Source of the DNA: Gordius albopunctatus
Taxonomy: Eukaryota
Assembly (NCBI GenBank): GCA_964276515.1
Contig: OZ193910.1
Coordinates: 806,001-870,000 of the forward strand
Length of the DNA: 64,000 bases
Direction of reading: 5' to 3'
Shown here: positions 12,357 through 24,702 of the stretch, one piece after another
Layout: each line of letters starts with the position of its first letter
Position numbering within the stretch: position 1 is the stretch's first letter
Position numbers and translations under genes: made by a program
Notes under the pieces: model-generated
Database searches by the model: none
The model's input: only the letters and a program-made list of their open reading frames with translations
Told to the model about the DNA's origin: nothing

Positions 12357-14099
12357 TATTTAAACATTATTTTCGTTTCAAATAAACAATTGCTTTATGC
12401 TATACTATATACATTGTTGTTATAAAGCAACAATTTGTTATAAACTAGAAGTGGCGCTGTATAGCTGTGTTGCATTTAGCCCGGATAAGCGTTAATTTGG
12501 CTCTATATAATTAGTACGTATTAATAGAAAATATATGAACGAGTTTGGGTCATCTATAAGACAGTTTATGATGTAAAAAATATAATGCTGAACTGTATAA
12601 TAAATATCATCTAACTTAATAATAAGGCATATTAAATCATAATTAAATAGATTTATAACAGTTTTCAGAAAGTTTTTAATTTCATAGGTTAAAGTGCGTG
12701 TCTAGCGATAATATGCATTGGGTTACAAATGTGTATAAGTTATCCGCCACTGGTGTATAAAAGTCAATGATAATGTTCGACAAAATTATAGCCTAAAATC
12801 TGTACTATCAAAATGAAGAGATATTAAAAAGCACCTTAAAATTTGTTTAAAAGAAGGCTTTTACAATATTTAGTTAAATCAGAATTGATTGGTAATTATA
12901 GAAATGTTCGCGAGTAAAATGAAATTAAAAAGTTATCTATGGAAAAAATGAACATTAGATTATATTAAGACAAATGTAAGTTGCTCACGGTGTAAGTCGA
13001 CGTCGAATGGAGTAGCAACAGATCGATTTATTGAATGCATACCCAATTGAGTCAAAACTTTGTTTTCAATTTGTAAGTAAATCTTCAAGAATAATTATAG
13101 TTTCGTTAATGTGTTGTAGCATGTGATCCATTTTAATATTATAATGTGCATGACTATTCCAATGAATGATGTCTTCTGCCATGTCTGCTTTCTATTTATT
13201 TCATAAATTGGTAGGGCATGACAGAATGCAGAAGATCAATATAATTGCAAACAATGCACGAATTTGTTATGGATGTGATGTATGCGTCACTAATGCATTC
13301 ATAACAATGATCATCATGCTCTAATAGATGCATAGCTTGGCATGCTCTGCAGAAAGTGGAATGTGCAACGCCGTTGACCACTTTTAACTGCTGGAAACAA
13401 GTTGGACAGCGGGCGTCAACTATACGCCTGAGAAGGTAGACACATTCATCTTGATATGGATGATTAGTAGATAGTGGGCCTATCTCATTAGCTTTGATTT
13501 GATCAGGCATCCGGCAACTCGTCCACTTGTAATACATGGGCACTTTGATAGCAGCGTTTGCGCAAAATTATTATGTTGACATAGCTTGAGGAACGCTGTT
13601 AACGTTGTATCTGGGGAATTTAAGGCTACATTTGCATTTGTAAAATAAACGCGTTGCGCATTTTCTTTAGGTGCAAAGTGAACCACAGCAAGACTGCGTT
13701 CATGAATAGGAAAGGATATAAAACCCATATCGCTTAAGTGCTGCTTATGTATCTTTCAATTTGATACTAAGCAAATTCATCAATGTGAAGACTCGCTCTA
13801 TACGCGGTGCTATCTGATGGATATTTGTTAGCATACATACAAATATATTTGATAGATTTAACCGAGTTAAAATATTCAAAATTGATGTGTGCTTTGCATA
13901 ACTTGGATGGTAAAGGACAATATGAAAAAGCCCAGCGGTTACCACCTTGAAGATAAAGTTCCAAATTTGAATGCTTACCACGTTACCAACATCTTCTGTT
14001 GATCATCTTTTATATAATGTATGCCCATCACTGCCTTTATCTGTGTTGCATATTAAGCCTCGTTTAAATTGGTGACCCCGTTCGGGGAAGCCATATATA

Positions 14100-14540
14100 T
14101 TTTTTTAACCTCCCCCTGAATAGGCCCTTAAATATTGGGTACTTCTTTGTGAATCCGGCATCCAAAGACACGATCGAGATGTAACAACCCGCGGATCCAT
14201 GATGCCCAACTACACCTCTACATAGACAACAACAACGTCTGCCGAACGCCCAACCACTGTTCTGCACATGGCCCTAATCACAAGACCCATCTATCAACAC
14301 CACATGGCCTCTTGCAACGAGAAAAGACTACGTTCGGCAAAAACGATAACACCTACTACCAAAGTTCTCACCACTGCTTACCGGTTTAGTTGATGACCGA
14401 TTGCAATTCCAATATAGATACCTCTGCCCGCGGCATGGATCTTATCAATATATTGGATAGCACAAAAACATCACACACACAACTCACACCTCGGCCACCT
14501 CACTAATGACCACGGTAGGCGGGGGAAAAAACTGGCTAGT
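14100..14540 (+). mobile_element. Possible decayed Penelope-like element 3' fragment (Cys linker and GIY-YIG remnant)
   Basis: Degenerate RCNNPR...CP linker, PIYQ...SCNEK.DYV.K.. and GMDLINILDS resemble the Penelope-like C-terminus, but only across several frameshifts. Confidence 0.4.
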
Positions 14541-14589
14541 AGTACGAACATCCCTTACACATACTTTACATCAACCAAAAATTTTTTCA

Positions 14590-14915
14590 ATTTTATGTAA
14601 CCCTCCACGTCTAAGAAGGGAACTATTTGTAGTATTGCATATATAATATTTAATTGATTGCTCGAGGCATATTACTTAACTCTACTTCGAAACTTAATTG
14701 ACTCATTTAAACTTAGCTTCGCGACGTTAATTGACTCATTTACATTAGCTTACTACTTCGCGACGTTAATTGACCAATCAGGTATACCTCGCGGAGTCAC
14801 CACTAATTGTAATTGATTTATCCATACCTCGCGGATTCACCACTAAATGTAATTGATTTATTCAATTAATTCGCGATTATATAAAGGAGTTTAAAACAAT
14901 TCTTACTCACTTACT
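14590..14915 (+). repeat. Interspersed repeat with internal duplications; related to 7640-7850 (inverted) and 22005-22050
   Basis: Shares TTTTATGTAAC.CTCCACGTCTA.GAAGGG.ACTATTTGTAG with 22005-22048; internal repeats of CTTCGCGACGTTAATTGAC and ATACCTCGCGGA.TCACCACTAA. Confidence 0.75.
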
Positions 14916-16804
14916 TTTCTCGCAAACGATTTACTTTAATTGGATATACAATAAAGTAATTATTACTTAATCCTTCTGGTATTTACTTAGCGATACTATC
15001 ATGCATAGCGATTTCGGATTGAGTGTTCCGTAAGGGCCGTATTCCACATTTTCGTAATAATTTCCAACAAATTTTTATCTACATCGTCGATTTAGTTGGA
15101 GGTGATCTTGTTATATAGCCATATTAAAGTATGAGCATGCAGTAAACCTCTCTTTGCCATTCTACACAGTACATCCAGTAACGCAAAAACCTAAATTCCT
15201 CATGCTTAACAATGAGATTAATCATTGAGGTTTTTGTCGGAAAACACGTGGTGTGATGTCATCCCTATCGACGGGTGATTGGCCATAAAATAAAAACTCC
15301 TGTATATCGTGCCAAATAGGATTCCGTGTAGAGGTATTGAATAGGTCTGGACAATCGTAGTTAAGAAAATACACAATTGAATATTTGGTGTATTCTGGCA
15401 TATGACGCAGGCTTCCGATGTTTGAAGAGAGATAAGTGGTTGGTTTCCCAACGTCAATTGTATAAGTAGCGTCAAAATCTGCATTTCGCTGAACAGATTT
15501 TTTTGAGCGAGGTTTGGTCAGATTTAAACGGATGAAGGGTAGACGTTTCGATTGACGAATTTATCGGAGGCATTTTACAATATTATTTTGTTATTTTCTT
15601 GAAGCATTATTCTGTATGAATAAAGGCTCATAGCGCTACATTTTAAGTTTGTCGATTCACTATTGACTTCGTTTATCATCTTAACGTTCCTGTGATATCC
15701 GTCCGCACAGTTCCAAGTGGATATTGAAAGAGTGATAGCATCGATAAGTGTCAGCAACTTGTGTGAATCGTTTCTCCTATGCACAACAATATCTCTTTAT
15801 TGAAATCGATCCCCAGCTAAAATAATTAGTTATAGTTTGAGCATTAAATTTTCTCACATGTTGTCCCGCAGGAATATTGTCAGCATGAATGACAATCCTG
15901 TTGGTATCTGATGGCAACATGTCGAGTGGTGTCGATTTAAAAAGATTTTAAATAGAAATTCAAAGGCTGGAATCTAATTAAGTCTCATTATCCCGATAAA
16001 GTAAATTTGTAAGAATTTTTGTTGACTATCTAGTAATAGAAGGAGGGAGTCGGCCTTGTGGTAAATTTGGCCTTTAACTTAAAGATTAGCATGAATTGAA
16101 TTGTTATATTATTTGTGCCAAACGACGTAATTTTGAAGCAGTAGTTATATTTCTTGATGTTAGATAGGAAATGTTCAAAATCGGTAGTATAACCAGCAAT
16201 TATATGGCTCTGGCCGTTCTTTAAGTTGAGGTAGTTTAAATTTTCTAAAGGGGCAACACAATCCGTTCGTTTCTCCAGCAACTTTTAGAGCATTGAAATA
16301 AGGACAAACAACGGTCATAGTGACAATAAGAACATGGTGAAATTTCAATATTCGATGAATTGTATAAAAATGGAAGACGGCTGAATGATCGTAATTGCTG
16401 AGCACTTGTAGGTGGCTGAAGCAGACTCACTAACTCTTGTAATCCGGCATATTAACCCTCTAATCTTAATTATGACCCCATGGCCCTCGCTGAAGAACGC
16501 AAGCTCCAAAAATAAAAGGCCCTCTTGAAGTTTTTTTATCCCAATGGTTTCCTTCTGTTCAAAATCCTATGGAAAAATGGCGTTGGCCATATTCAAAGAA
16601 ATAGGCAGGCGATCCCCTCCCTCTAAATATCCCCCCGCATTTTTATTGAAACTAGTGATGTTAATTTCCTTATTTGCTAAAACCATAACCTCAAATATTT
16701 CTCACCATTCCCATTAAGAGTAACGCGCACATGCTGCTTAATAACCCGGTTACAAGCACTTTCAGATTAAAGTTGGTATGGCTGCTAGTTGAGTGAGATA
16801 TAAC

Positions 16805-17451
16805 TAGAGCCCTGCACGGCTCGAGGCCGACCCGAAGCCGACCCGATCGGGCTTCGAGCCGGGATCGGACAGAATTTAATAAAACAATCGAGCCTTGGGC
16901 TCGGGTCGGGCTAATCTTTTATAAAATATGATCTAAACAAACTCAACCCGATTTAAAATAATTATCTTCGTACACCATACATAATATTTCCAAGTTTCAG
17001 CTTTTTTCCCTGTCTATAAATATATTATGACCTAAATTGCAAATCTTATTCTGGTATTTAAATATATTCGTAGCCGTTACATTAGAATTAAAATAAGGAA
17101 ATATTTTAAAAAGTGTTTTATTTGGAACTGTTAGGTAAAATATATTTTGATTAGTTAGATATCCAGTTAGCTGAATAAATTGTAGCGAGTGAAAGTGAAA
17201 ATTTTATTCTAAACTTATCCTAGTTGTAAATTACGATTAATAACAATTTAATGCATTATGTATTTATATGGTAAAATAATTTTCACAAATTTTAAAATAA
17301 TTTTTTTAAATTTCCTATTTGAAAAATCGGGTCAATCGGACTCGGGTCGGGCCCAAAAATAAAAAGTCGTTCGGGATCGGGCCGGGCTCGGGCAAAATAA
17401 AAACTGAGATATCGGGCTCGGGCAGAAAATTTTTTATTTTGCAGGGCTCTA
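16805..17451. mobile_element. hAT-like MITE
   Basis: Perfect 12-bp terminal inverted repeats TAGAGCCCTGCA / TGCAGGGCTCTA and many subterminal (C)CCGA/TCGGG motifs. Flanking 8-mers match only 5/8. Related pieces at ~43180-43265 and ~50048-50150. Confidence 0.75.
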
Positions 17452-18075
17452 CACATGACCAGTTTTATTACAGAAAAAACAAGTGGGCAACGAAGACGTA
17501 GTCTTTTTAACTAAAAAGATTAATTTTATATATATAGATTGTGCACAACAAATTACTAATACAATTGAATTGGTAGTAAAATAAAAGCCTTATCGCCAAT
17601 AATAAAAATGAATAAAAATTGAAATCTGTTGTAGATTGTTATCATTGCTGAATTAGCTACAAGTTTCTTGTGCTGACAGAATGTGGTCTTTCTGTCTAAT
17701 ATTGGGTGTGGGATGGTTGTCTGAAGAATTTGTTATTTCGTAGGCGACCATCCCTGGGTTTGTGTAGAGAGAAACGATTTTACTGGGCATAGTATAGATA
17801 CTAATAGGTCTGACGGCTAAACTCATGACTTTCACATGTTTTGATTCAGGGCTAAGTCACAGTTTTAGTTTATGTAGAGGATAACTGACGATGTGTAATG
17901 TACGCTTAAGTTCTATGTTGCCGTGGAGCAATGATATAGAACAGCTGATATTTTATTTCCTCTCGCGTTATTATTATTATCATACGTTCGATCGCGTTTG
18001 TTCTCTTCGCGCGCGTGTTACTCGTAACGTGGTTATATCCCATTGATTCCTAATAAAGCCAAATAGCTTTAAAAT

Positions 18076-18093
18076 TGGCGTAGTGAGTAGGAT
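18076..18093 (+). promoter_or_regulatory. Primer-binding site complementary to a tRNA-Ser-type 3' end
   Basis: TGG-CGTAGTGAGTAGGAT is the complement of ...ATCCTACTCACTACG-CCA, similar to eukaryotic tRNA-Ser 3' ends, and lies just after the LTR-like segment. Confidence 0.7.
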
Positions 18094-18107
18094 CTTTAGA
18101 ACCTACG

Positions 18108-18285
18108 TGGAATTATTCGGAGTGGGAGATTCTATTGAAACTGTGTCTAATTCAATAATCGTTAGAAACGACATGGAATTATTCAGATTAGGAGATTCTA
18201 TTGAAACATTTATAATGCCATAATCGTTAGAAACGCCATGGAATTATTCAGATTAAGAGATTCTATTGAAACATTTCTAATTTAA
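18108..18285 (+). repeat. ~65-bp tandem repeat (about 2.7 copies) over the gag start
   Basis: GGAATTATTC...GAGATTCTATTGAAAC occurs three times and ATAATCGTTAGAAACG twice. Confidence 0.85.
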
Positions 18286-20299
18286 TTCGAGGCCAACATC
18301 AAGGCAAATTCAGGGACGTTATCGGATACCCAGAAAACGTGCAGGTTGCTAAGTTCTTTATCGGCGGAGGCGTTTAAGGTTATCGCGGACGAATAGTACC
18401 CGGATAACCCTACCAAATAGACGTTTGAGGAAGAGACCCGGAGAGCGAAGAAGGTGTTTAAGGGTCACACCTGCTCTCTTGCGCAAAGATTCATTTTTAG
18501 AAATATTCGACAAATGCCGGGGGAAGAGCTAATGCGATTCATTCGCAGGCTCAAGCAGACATCAAAAGACTGCGGTTTTAAGCCTGGGGAATTATCGGCC
18601 AGGATGCTCAATCAGCTGATTATAGGACTCCACGACCCAACGGTGCAAGCTTCGTTGATGGCCGAGAGGGATCTCAAATGGGACTAGGGCGGGAGGCAAT
18701 CGGCGAAGGCCTAAGGACAATGCACCAGCCAGTGGACGAGGCATTTGCGGTCGAAGCGACGAGGACGGGCCAGAGTATGACCAGGTTCGGCCATGCATTA
18801 GATATTTTGACTATGGATTTATATCTTAATAACACCTTGATAACTTCTCCTATGGACACGGGCTCCACCGTTACAATCGTGCCGGCCAACTTGTGGAAGG
18901 AGCGCTTACCGGTACAAACAAACCCGAGACCTTCCATACATGCGTTCGGCGGCAAGGAGATAAAGATTATCGGAGACGTAAGAGCCGAGGCCCGTCTAGG
19001 TTCCACCCGAAAGCGCCGGCCGCTGTTAGTGGTGGATGTAAAGGGACCGCCTTTACTCGGAACGAATTGGATAAAAGAGTTCGGAAAAGACGTATGGGAG
19101 CTAGCCAAATGGAATTTGCGAACCGTCATGGAGCGCTAAATAGTAAATTTCCTCGAGGAGAAGGCCCCAAAAGAGCCGCTCGTAACCAATAGACACGTCG
19201 AAGATATGGTTCGACGGATGACGGTGCAGAAGGGGGCAAATCCGCAAGCGGTGAGGGACATTGAAGTCGACGTGCCAGTGGAAAACGGGAGAAAACCGGT
19301 GTTTATCCCAGCATGGCGAGTACCCTTAGCTTGGAGGAGGGAGGTAGAGGAAGAATTGGACAAATAGCTTAATGACGACATAATTTAGCAGGGTTTTCAA
19401 GTTACCGAAGAGGTACTAGAGGATACCGCGAATGCATTTATCTCGCTTGACATTATACGACAGTACACCACCAGCGACGAGACGTTACGGCATGTCAAAG
19501 AATGGATAAAGGGGACGCAGAATGGCACAGTAGTCGCAGGTACTATGCGCCTCTACAAAAGGTACCTGCCAAAGTTACACGAGTCCAATGATGTTATTAA
19601 CTATATGAGAAGACGGGTCCTCGTTCCAGCCAGATTAAGGTACGCGGTGCTACAACGATTACACGGGGCCACGGGGGCGTTAAGCGAATGCAACAGGTGG
19701 CGGCTCAATATGTATGGTGGCCAACACTGGTTCAGGATATCGCGAACCTAGGAAAAAGTTGCAGGGTGTGCAACTACGCGGCCGAAGCACCAAAGCGCCG
19801 TTGATCAAAGGTGAACCAAACTTTAGGCCTTGGATCCAGGTACACGTGGATTTATTTGGGCCGGTGCGCGGCAATTCGTATTTAATTTTGGTGAATAATA
19901 GAACAAAATGGTTACAGGTTTTAAAATTAGAAGATACGTCAACCTCAACCATAATCACAAAGCTGGCTGAGCTGTTCGCCAGGTTGGGTAGCCCACTAGT
20001 CCTTATATCGGATAACGGTCCGCAGTTTAAAAGCCAGGAGATTCGAGGATTTTGTAGGTGTAGGGGGATAAAACAGAGTTGGTCAGCACCTTATCACCCC
20101 GCGTCAAATGGATTGGCGGAAAGGTACGTGCGACTATCAAAGGAGGAGGTGGTAATTCTTATATAAATGTATGATGAATATTTTAATTACCTATTTTTTT
20201 GATTTATATTTTTGAAAATTTAATATTACAAAAGGTTAATAACTTGAAAAAAAATCATGAATATATAAAAAGTATAATAATTTTCAAAAATATAAAGAA

Positions 20300-20478
20300 A
20301 AAAATAGTTAATATATATTGTTTATCATACCTTTATATTGCCACAAAATTTTGATTAAATGTACAAATCTTGTTTGAAGAGATTAAAAATTCGAAATAAT
20401 TTATCTAGGAAAATAGTTAATATATATATATTTATCATACCTTTATATTGCCACAAAATGTTGATTAAATGTACAAAT
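20300..20478 (+). repeat. Direct duplication, period ~110 bp
   Basis: AAAATAGTTAATATATAT...TTTATCATACCTTTATATTGCCACAAAAT.TTGATTAAATGTACAAAT occurs twice. Confidence 0.85.
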
Positions 20479-20827
20479 AATTTAATACCATATGGATTAG
20501 AACAAATAAAAATGGCGAATTTAAAGAATGAATTGCAAAGCGTGTTATTATTTGTAAACAATAACACACAAATTAACGAACGCGATTTTAGCGCTCAGGA
20601 ATGGAACGTTTAAGAAATGCGTTTTTACGATTTTTTATTTATTACTTAGAATCGAGAATACCTAGCCTAGGCCATATAATCATATACATAAGCATCCCAT
20701 TATGTACGTGGCATTTTAATTACTTAATGATATTATATTTTTAAACTTATTTTTTTAAACAACCTGGGCGAAGCCCCAGTTACGCCTGAAGGGCGTATTT
20801 TGTAAAAATGACTGGTCTGGCTAATTC

Positions 20828-21295
20828 AAACGGATGGCATTGATCCGTGTATGGATATCGTGTTGGATTTAACGATTTCCATCGTGATGTTTTGCCTGAT
20901 AAAAAAGTACTCTTTCAAATCTAAGGAGACACTGGAGATCGCTTTTCCAATTTGTTTCACGAGAGCGAAAATTTCCTATTGTAGTTGCCACTACGGGAAT
21001 GAATATTGTGTCCGCGAGGGAAGAATATTTTGCTGTCTTCCTATTATCTGCATTGACTATAAGGTCGGGAGAGGAGTTGGAAGGAGCGAATATGTCGACC
21101 GTGGTGAAGTCTCAAGTGAGATTCTGTCCACGGGACCATGGGATGAGTGTGACCCCGTCTGGTCTTTTCCCATCGGTTGTGCTAAGGCCGACGAGCTCTA
21201 AGGTGTTTGGGTAGCCAGCTGTATTTGCAATGTAGGTGATGATGACCATTGGGTTGGACCGGCTGTTTTCAGAGATCGCATACGAAAGGGGATAC
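20828..21295 (-). mobile_element. 3' fragment of a second CRE-clade family (restriction-like endonuclease domain)
   Basis: Manual minus-strand translation: [46 protein letters not shown]...RKTAKYSSLADTIFIPVVATTIG. Confidence 0.85.
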
Positions 21296-21753
21296 TATGT
21301 CACATCCATAGTTATATATGGGTATAAATATATAATGCATTACTAATATTTAGGTATATAAGTATATGCATAATGCATATATGTTAATAATAAATAATTA
21401 TGTATATATAAGTATAAATATATATATAGTGCCTATATGTACAAGTATATATATAATGAATAATTGTCAAATATGTGTATATATATGTAAGTATAAATAT
21501 ATATAGTATTACAATATATTTTACACATAATAAATATTTTAAAACTTTTTAAAAAACTATTATTAACATATATGTATATATGATACTTTAATATTATTAT
21601 TTACCTATATGTATATCTAAAATTATTCACATATATTGTGCTTATATAATTGAAAATGTATATATGTAGTGCATCATTTGAATATATAAATGGGTTTAAA
21701 TATACGTAATGCCAATATAATCATGGTTATAATATATGTTATATATGTAGGAT

Positions 21754-22200
21754 ATTAAAATGCAAGTTGATAATATAAATGTAGCAGACTGTAAACTCCA
21801 GGTGATTTGGGATTTTGCAACATTTTTCGCAATCCATCGCTCCATCCAAAGATTGCGTCATTTTTCAACAATCCATCGCTCCGTCCAAATATTGCGTCAT
21901 TTTTATTGAATCAATAATTCTTCTTCTCCACCAACCAAAATCACTCCTACACCAATTACCACCAAGTCCGGCCGTCATGTTCATTGGCCCAAGAAGTTTT
22001 CCAATTTTATGTAACGCTCCACGTCTACGAAGGGGACTATTTGTAGAATATTAAAATGCGAGTTGAGAATATAAATGTAGCAGATTATCAACTCCAGGTG
22101 ATTTGTGATTTTGCATCATTTTCAGCAATCCAGATTGCGTCATTTTTCAACAATCCATCGCCCCGTCCAAATATTGCGTCATTTTTATTGAATCAATAAT
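21754..22200 (+). repeat. Direct repeat (period ~295 bp) with internal ~40-bp subrepeats
   Basis: ATTAAAATGC.AGTTGA.AATATAAATGTAGCAGA...AACTCCAGGTGATTTG...CAATCCATCGC.CCGTCCAAATATTGCGTCATTTTT at ~21754 and ~22050. Confidence 0.8.
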
Positions 22201-22549
22201 CCTTCGCTCTACTAATTATAATCCATCATTATTATTCTGTATTCCGATATTGTAATCATTCGCTCTATCAATTATAATCAACCATTATTCTTCAAATCCC
22301 TTTTACCAATTGTTAACAATCATCATCGTTCTTTATTATTCCTTATCCGTGTGAATAAAATATAAGTTCTACTATTCGTTATATACATATACACCATATA
22401 TATATATTGTGTATATATTCATTTATGTAATTTACTCTTCTTAATCTAATATATCATATGGCTAGTTTGTAAGTAAATATAATTGGTTAATAGCATTATT
22501 TGTTATGCCACATATGCTGCGAAATTGCCAATGCATTTGATTAATGTTA

Positions 22550-23513
22550 CAGCGTTTCTCTATTTGTTTGAACATCTTGACTCCCCTCCCGCACACTAGT
22601 AGTAGGAGAGAAAAGGGTGATCAATCAAAGCTTTTAAAAATGAACGCTCTTTCTCTCTCCTTCTTTCGCGTGAAACTTACTCCCTCCCTGACCATTTACA
22701 TGCCTTCGCCACTCTTGCATTATTGTTTGCCCTTTTTTATAATTTTTTGTTTTTCGTCTAAAATTTATCGTTTTTTTTTGCTTTTTTTCAATTAAAATAT
22801 TTATCAAACTATTGGGTAAAATAACCTCCTAATTTATTACAAATACTGGAATGTCTAACTTTATTGTAAAAAATTATAGTAAATATTTACAATAGTAAAA
22901 AAAACAAATTAGTAATTAATATTTTCATTATTTAAACATGGATCAATATATTGTTTTACATGGTTAAAATAATTTTGACAGTGTTCAGAACTAATCTAAA
23001 ACTATATGTGAAATTACCTGGGATTTAGAATTTTCCACTGGTGACAATAAATCACTTTAATTTTGAGATTCACCTTTTCTTACGATAAATTTAAATATTT
23101 CATTCAATTTTCACAATAGATTTGTAATAAATTTTATAAATTTAAAAAATAACAATTTCTGACATAAACCACCAAATTTTTAAGAAAATTACAATCTTAA
23201 ACTTAAAAAATCAACACTTTTTTTATTCAAAATTACCCGCAATTTTTCTAAAATTTCGACCACGTTTTTTAATTAAAAAATTAGGCAAAAAAAAATCAAA
23301 AAATTTCTTACAAAACTCACAAAATTATAAAAAAGGGCAAACAATAATGCAAGAGTGGCGAAGGCATGTAAATGGTCAGGGAGGGAATAAGTTGCACGCG
23401 AAGGTAGGAGAGCGAAAGAGCGTTCATTTTTAAAAGCTTTGATTGATCACCTTTTTCTCTCCTACTAGTGTGCGGGAGGGGAGTCAAGATGTCCAACAAA
23501 TAGAGAAACGCTG
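22550..23513. mobile_element. Tc1/mariner-type MITE with ~200-bp terminal inverted repeats
   Basis: Starts CAGCGTTTCTCTATTTG and ends CAAATAGAGAAACGCTG; 22550-22749 and 23319-23513 are near-identical inverted; TA on both sides. Confidence 0.9.
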
Positions 23514-23700
23514 TATATATAAAAATGAAACTACGTATGGTATGTATATATGGCGCGCTAATTTTGGAAAACTACCAGACCAATTTGGCTCAAAATTTCA
23601 CAGTTTACTCCTGACACTCCGGAGTCCGGAGCATGTTTTAAAATTTGTTCAAGCCAAATCGGTCCAGTGGTTTTCGAGTTACTTTGTTTTATACGTTTTT
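23514..23700 (+). repeat. Possible non-autonomous Helitron-like 5' fragment
   Basis: TATATATAAAAATGAAA...GTATG start and an internal inverted pair (ACCAATTTGGCT / AGCCAAATCGGT); no 3' end found. Confidence 0.35.
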
Positions 23701-24544
23701 ACGTTCAATAAAATGTCAATCAAACGCAACCTAATGACGTACTGCGTATTTATCGTGTTCTTTGAAAATTTGAATATACGGTTCTTTAATAAAAGTGTAT
23801 CACTTATAGTATGTCATGCGTGTAGGTAGTGTAGTGTGGTAAATGTAGGCATGTGCTGCGGAAAATGGAAACTTTTTACGATTTGAAACATTAAATCAAA
23901 GTCATTTTTGGCTTATTTTTCACGTCAATTATTATTATAGGACGGTCGTCTCTCCTGCGTGGCTAAATAAATTTAAAAATCTCATTTTATCATTTTTTGC
24001 GCGTTAAATAAGGAGAAAAATGAAAATACTTTTAACAAAGTGCCAATAAATGTTGATATATCTCAGTTCTTTGGACATTATTAAGTTCAGAATTAAAAGT
24101 TTTATTCAGAAAAAATAATTATAATTATGATATTGTTTCTTAATTACCAAAAATTAAAAAAAATTTCTTGAAGGGCCAGGGAGCCAAAGATTTTTACCTT
24201 GGCGGGGGGGGGATGGGGCCAGGGTTTCTCTCTTGGGTGGGCCTGGGCCTTGGACACTCTTTAACTATTTGTTTAAAACTTTTTGCATAATAAACACTTA
24301 CCAATTATATTTGATATATTCTTAATATATTATATGGAAATAGAACAATAGAAGTAGAACATATAGACGACATCAAACTTTATTTTTACTTCAATAACCG
24401 CTTTAACATCATATATGCCCTAAAATTCCAACATAATTTATTACATCCGGGTAAATGGCAAAACAACGTTTGCCGGGTTCATCTAGTTTTCCATATTTCC
24501 AGCATTCTTTATTTTGGGTAGAAGTGTAGAACCGAGTAGAAGAA

Positions 24545-24702
24545 AAAAGGAACAAGATAATAAAAAATGATTTTAGGATCGATGATATGTCCTTTGAAGT
24601 TAATGATTTCATGAAGAACGATCCGATAACAAAAGGAGGAGGATGTAAGTTTCATTTCATTATCTAAGGTTTTTTATCTCTTTTTATGTCCGAATCCGGC
24701 CT
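24545..24702 (+). pseudogene. Internally deleted copy of the orphan acidic gene family
   Basis: KNDFRIDDMSFEVNDFMKNDP matches KNDFETNVSFAVNDFIKKDP of the minus-strand copy and joins directly to AAAGGAGGAGGATGTAAG and CCGAATCCGGCCT, which lie at the far end of that copy. Confidence 0.6.

Larger units (their letters stand above)
13030..16420 (-). mobile_element. Decayed Helitron RepHel, interrupted by an insertion at ~14064-14970
   Basis: Frameshifted Helitron motifs: CPYFNALKVAGETNGLCC zinc finger, VEWQ(R)RGLLHAH Rep motif (~15135-15180), YGPYGTLNPKSLCM, HINFEYFNSVKSIKYI, FPIHERS..V..F, PTCFQQLKVVNG..STFCRAC. Confidence 0.9.
17890..20165 (+). mobile_element. Decayed, internally deleted Ty3/Gypsy LTR retrotransposon (5' LTR remnant, PBS, gag, protease, integrase; RT/RNase H missing)
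   Basis: AATAAA at ~18052, then PBS TGGCGTAGTGAGTAGGAT; gag (RFIFRNIRQMPGE...L...CGF); protease DTGS...LLG; integrase (VHVDLFGP, SDNGPQF, SAPYHPASNGLAER). No 3' LTR seen; LTR start approximate. Confidence 0.9.

Noticed and set aside
14495..14545. Hammerhead-like motif CTAATGA-CCACG-GTAGG-CGGGG-GAAA after the Penelope-like fragment
   Set aside because: The core has CTAATGA rather than CTGANGA, stem II has a mismatch, and stems I and III cannot be drawn convincingly; at most a dead relic.
18108..18285. Three-unit repeat as a mini CRISPR array
   Set aside because: Whole ~65-bp units are duplicated at the Gypsy gag start, with no unique spacers.
21300..21750. Very AT-rich (TA)-like tract as an origin or structural RNA
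   Set aside because: Low-complexity degenerate microsatellite with no specific structure.
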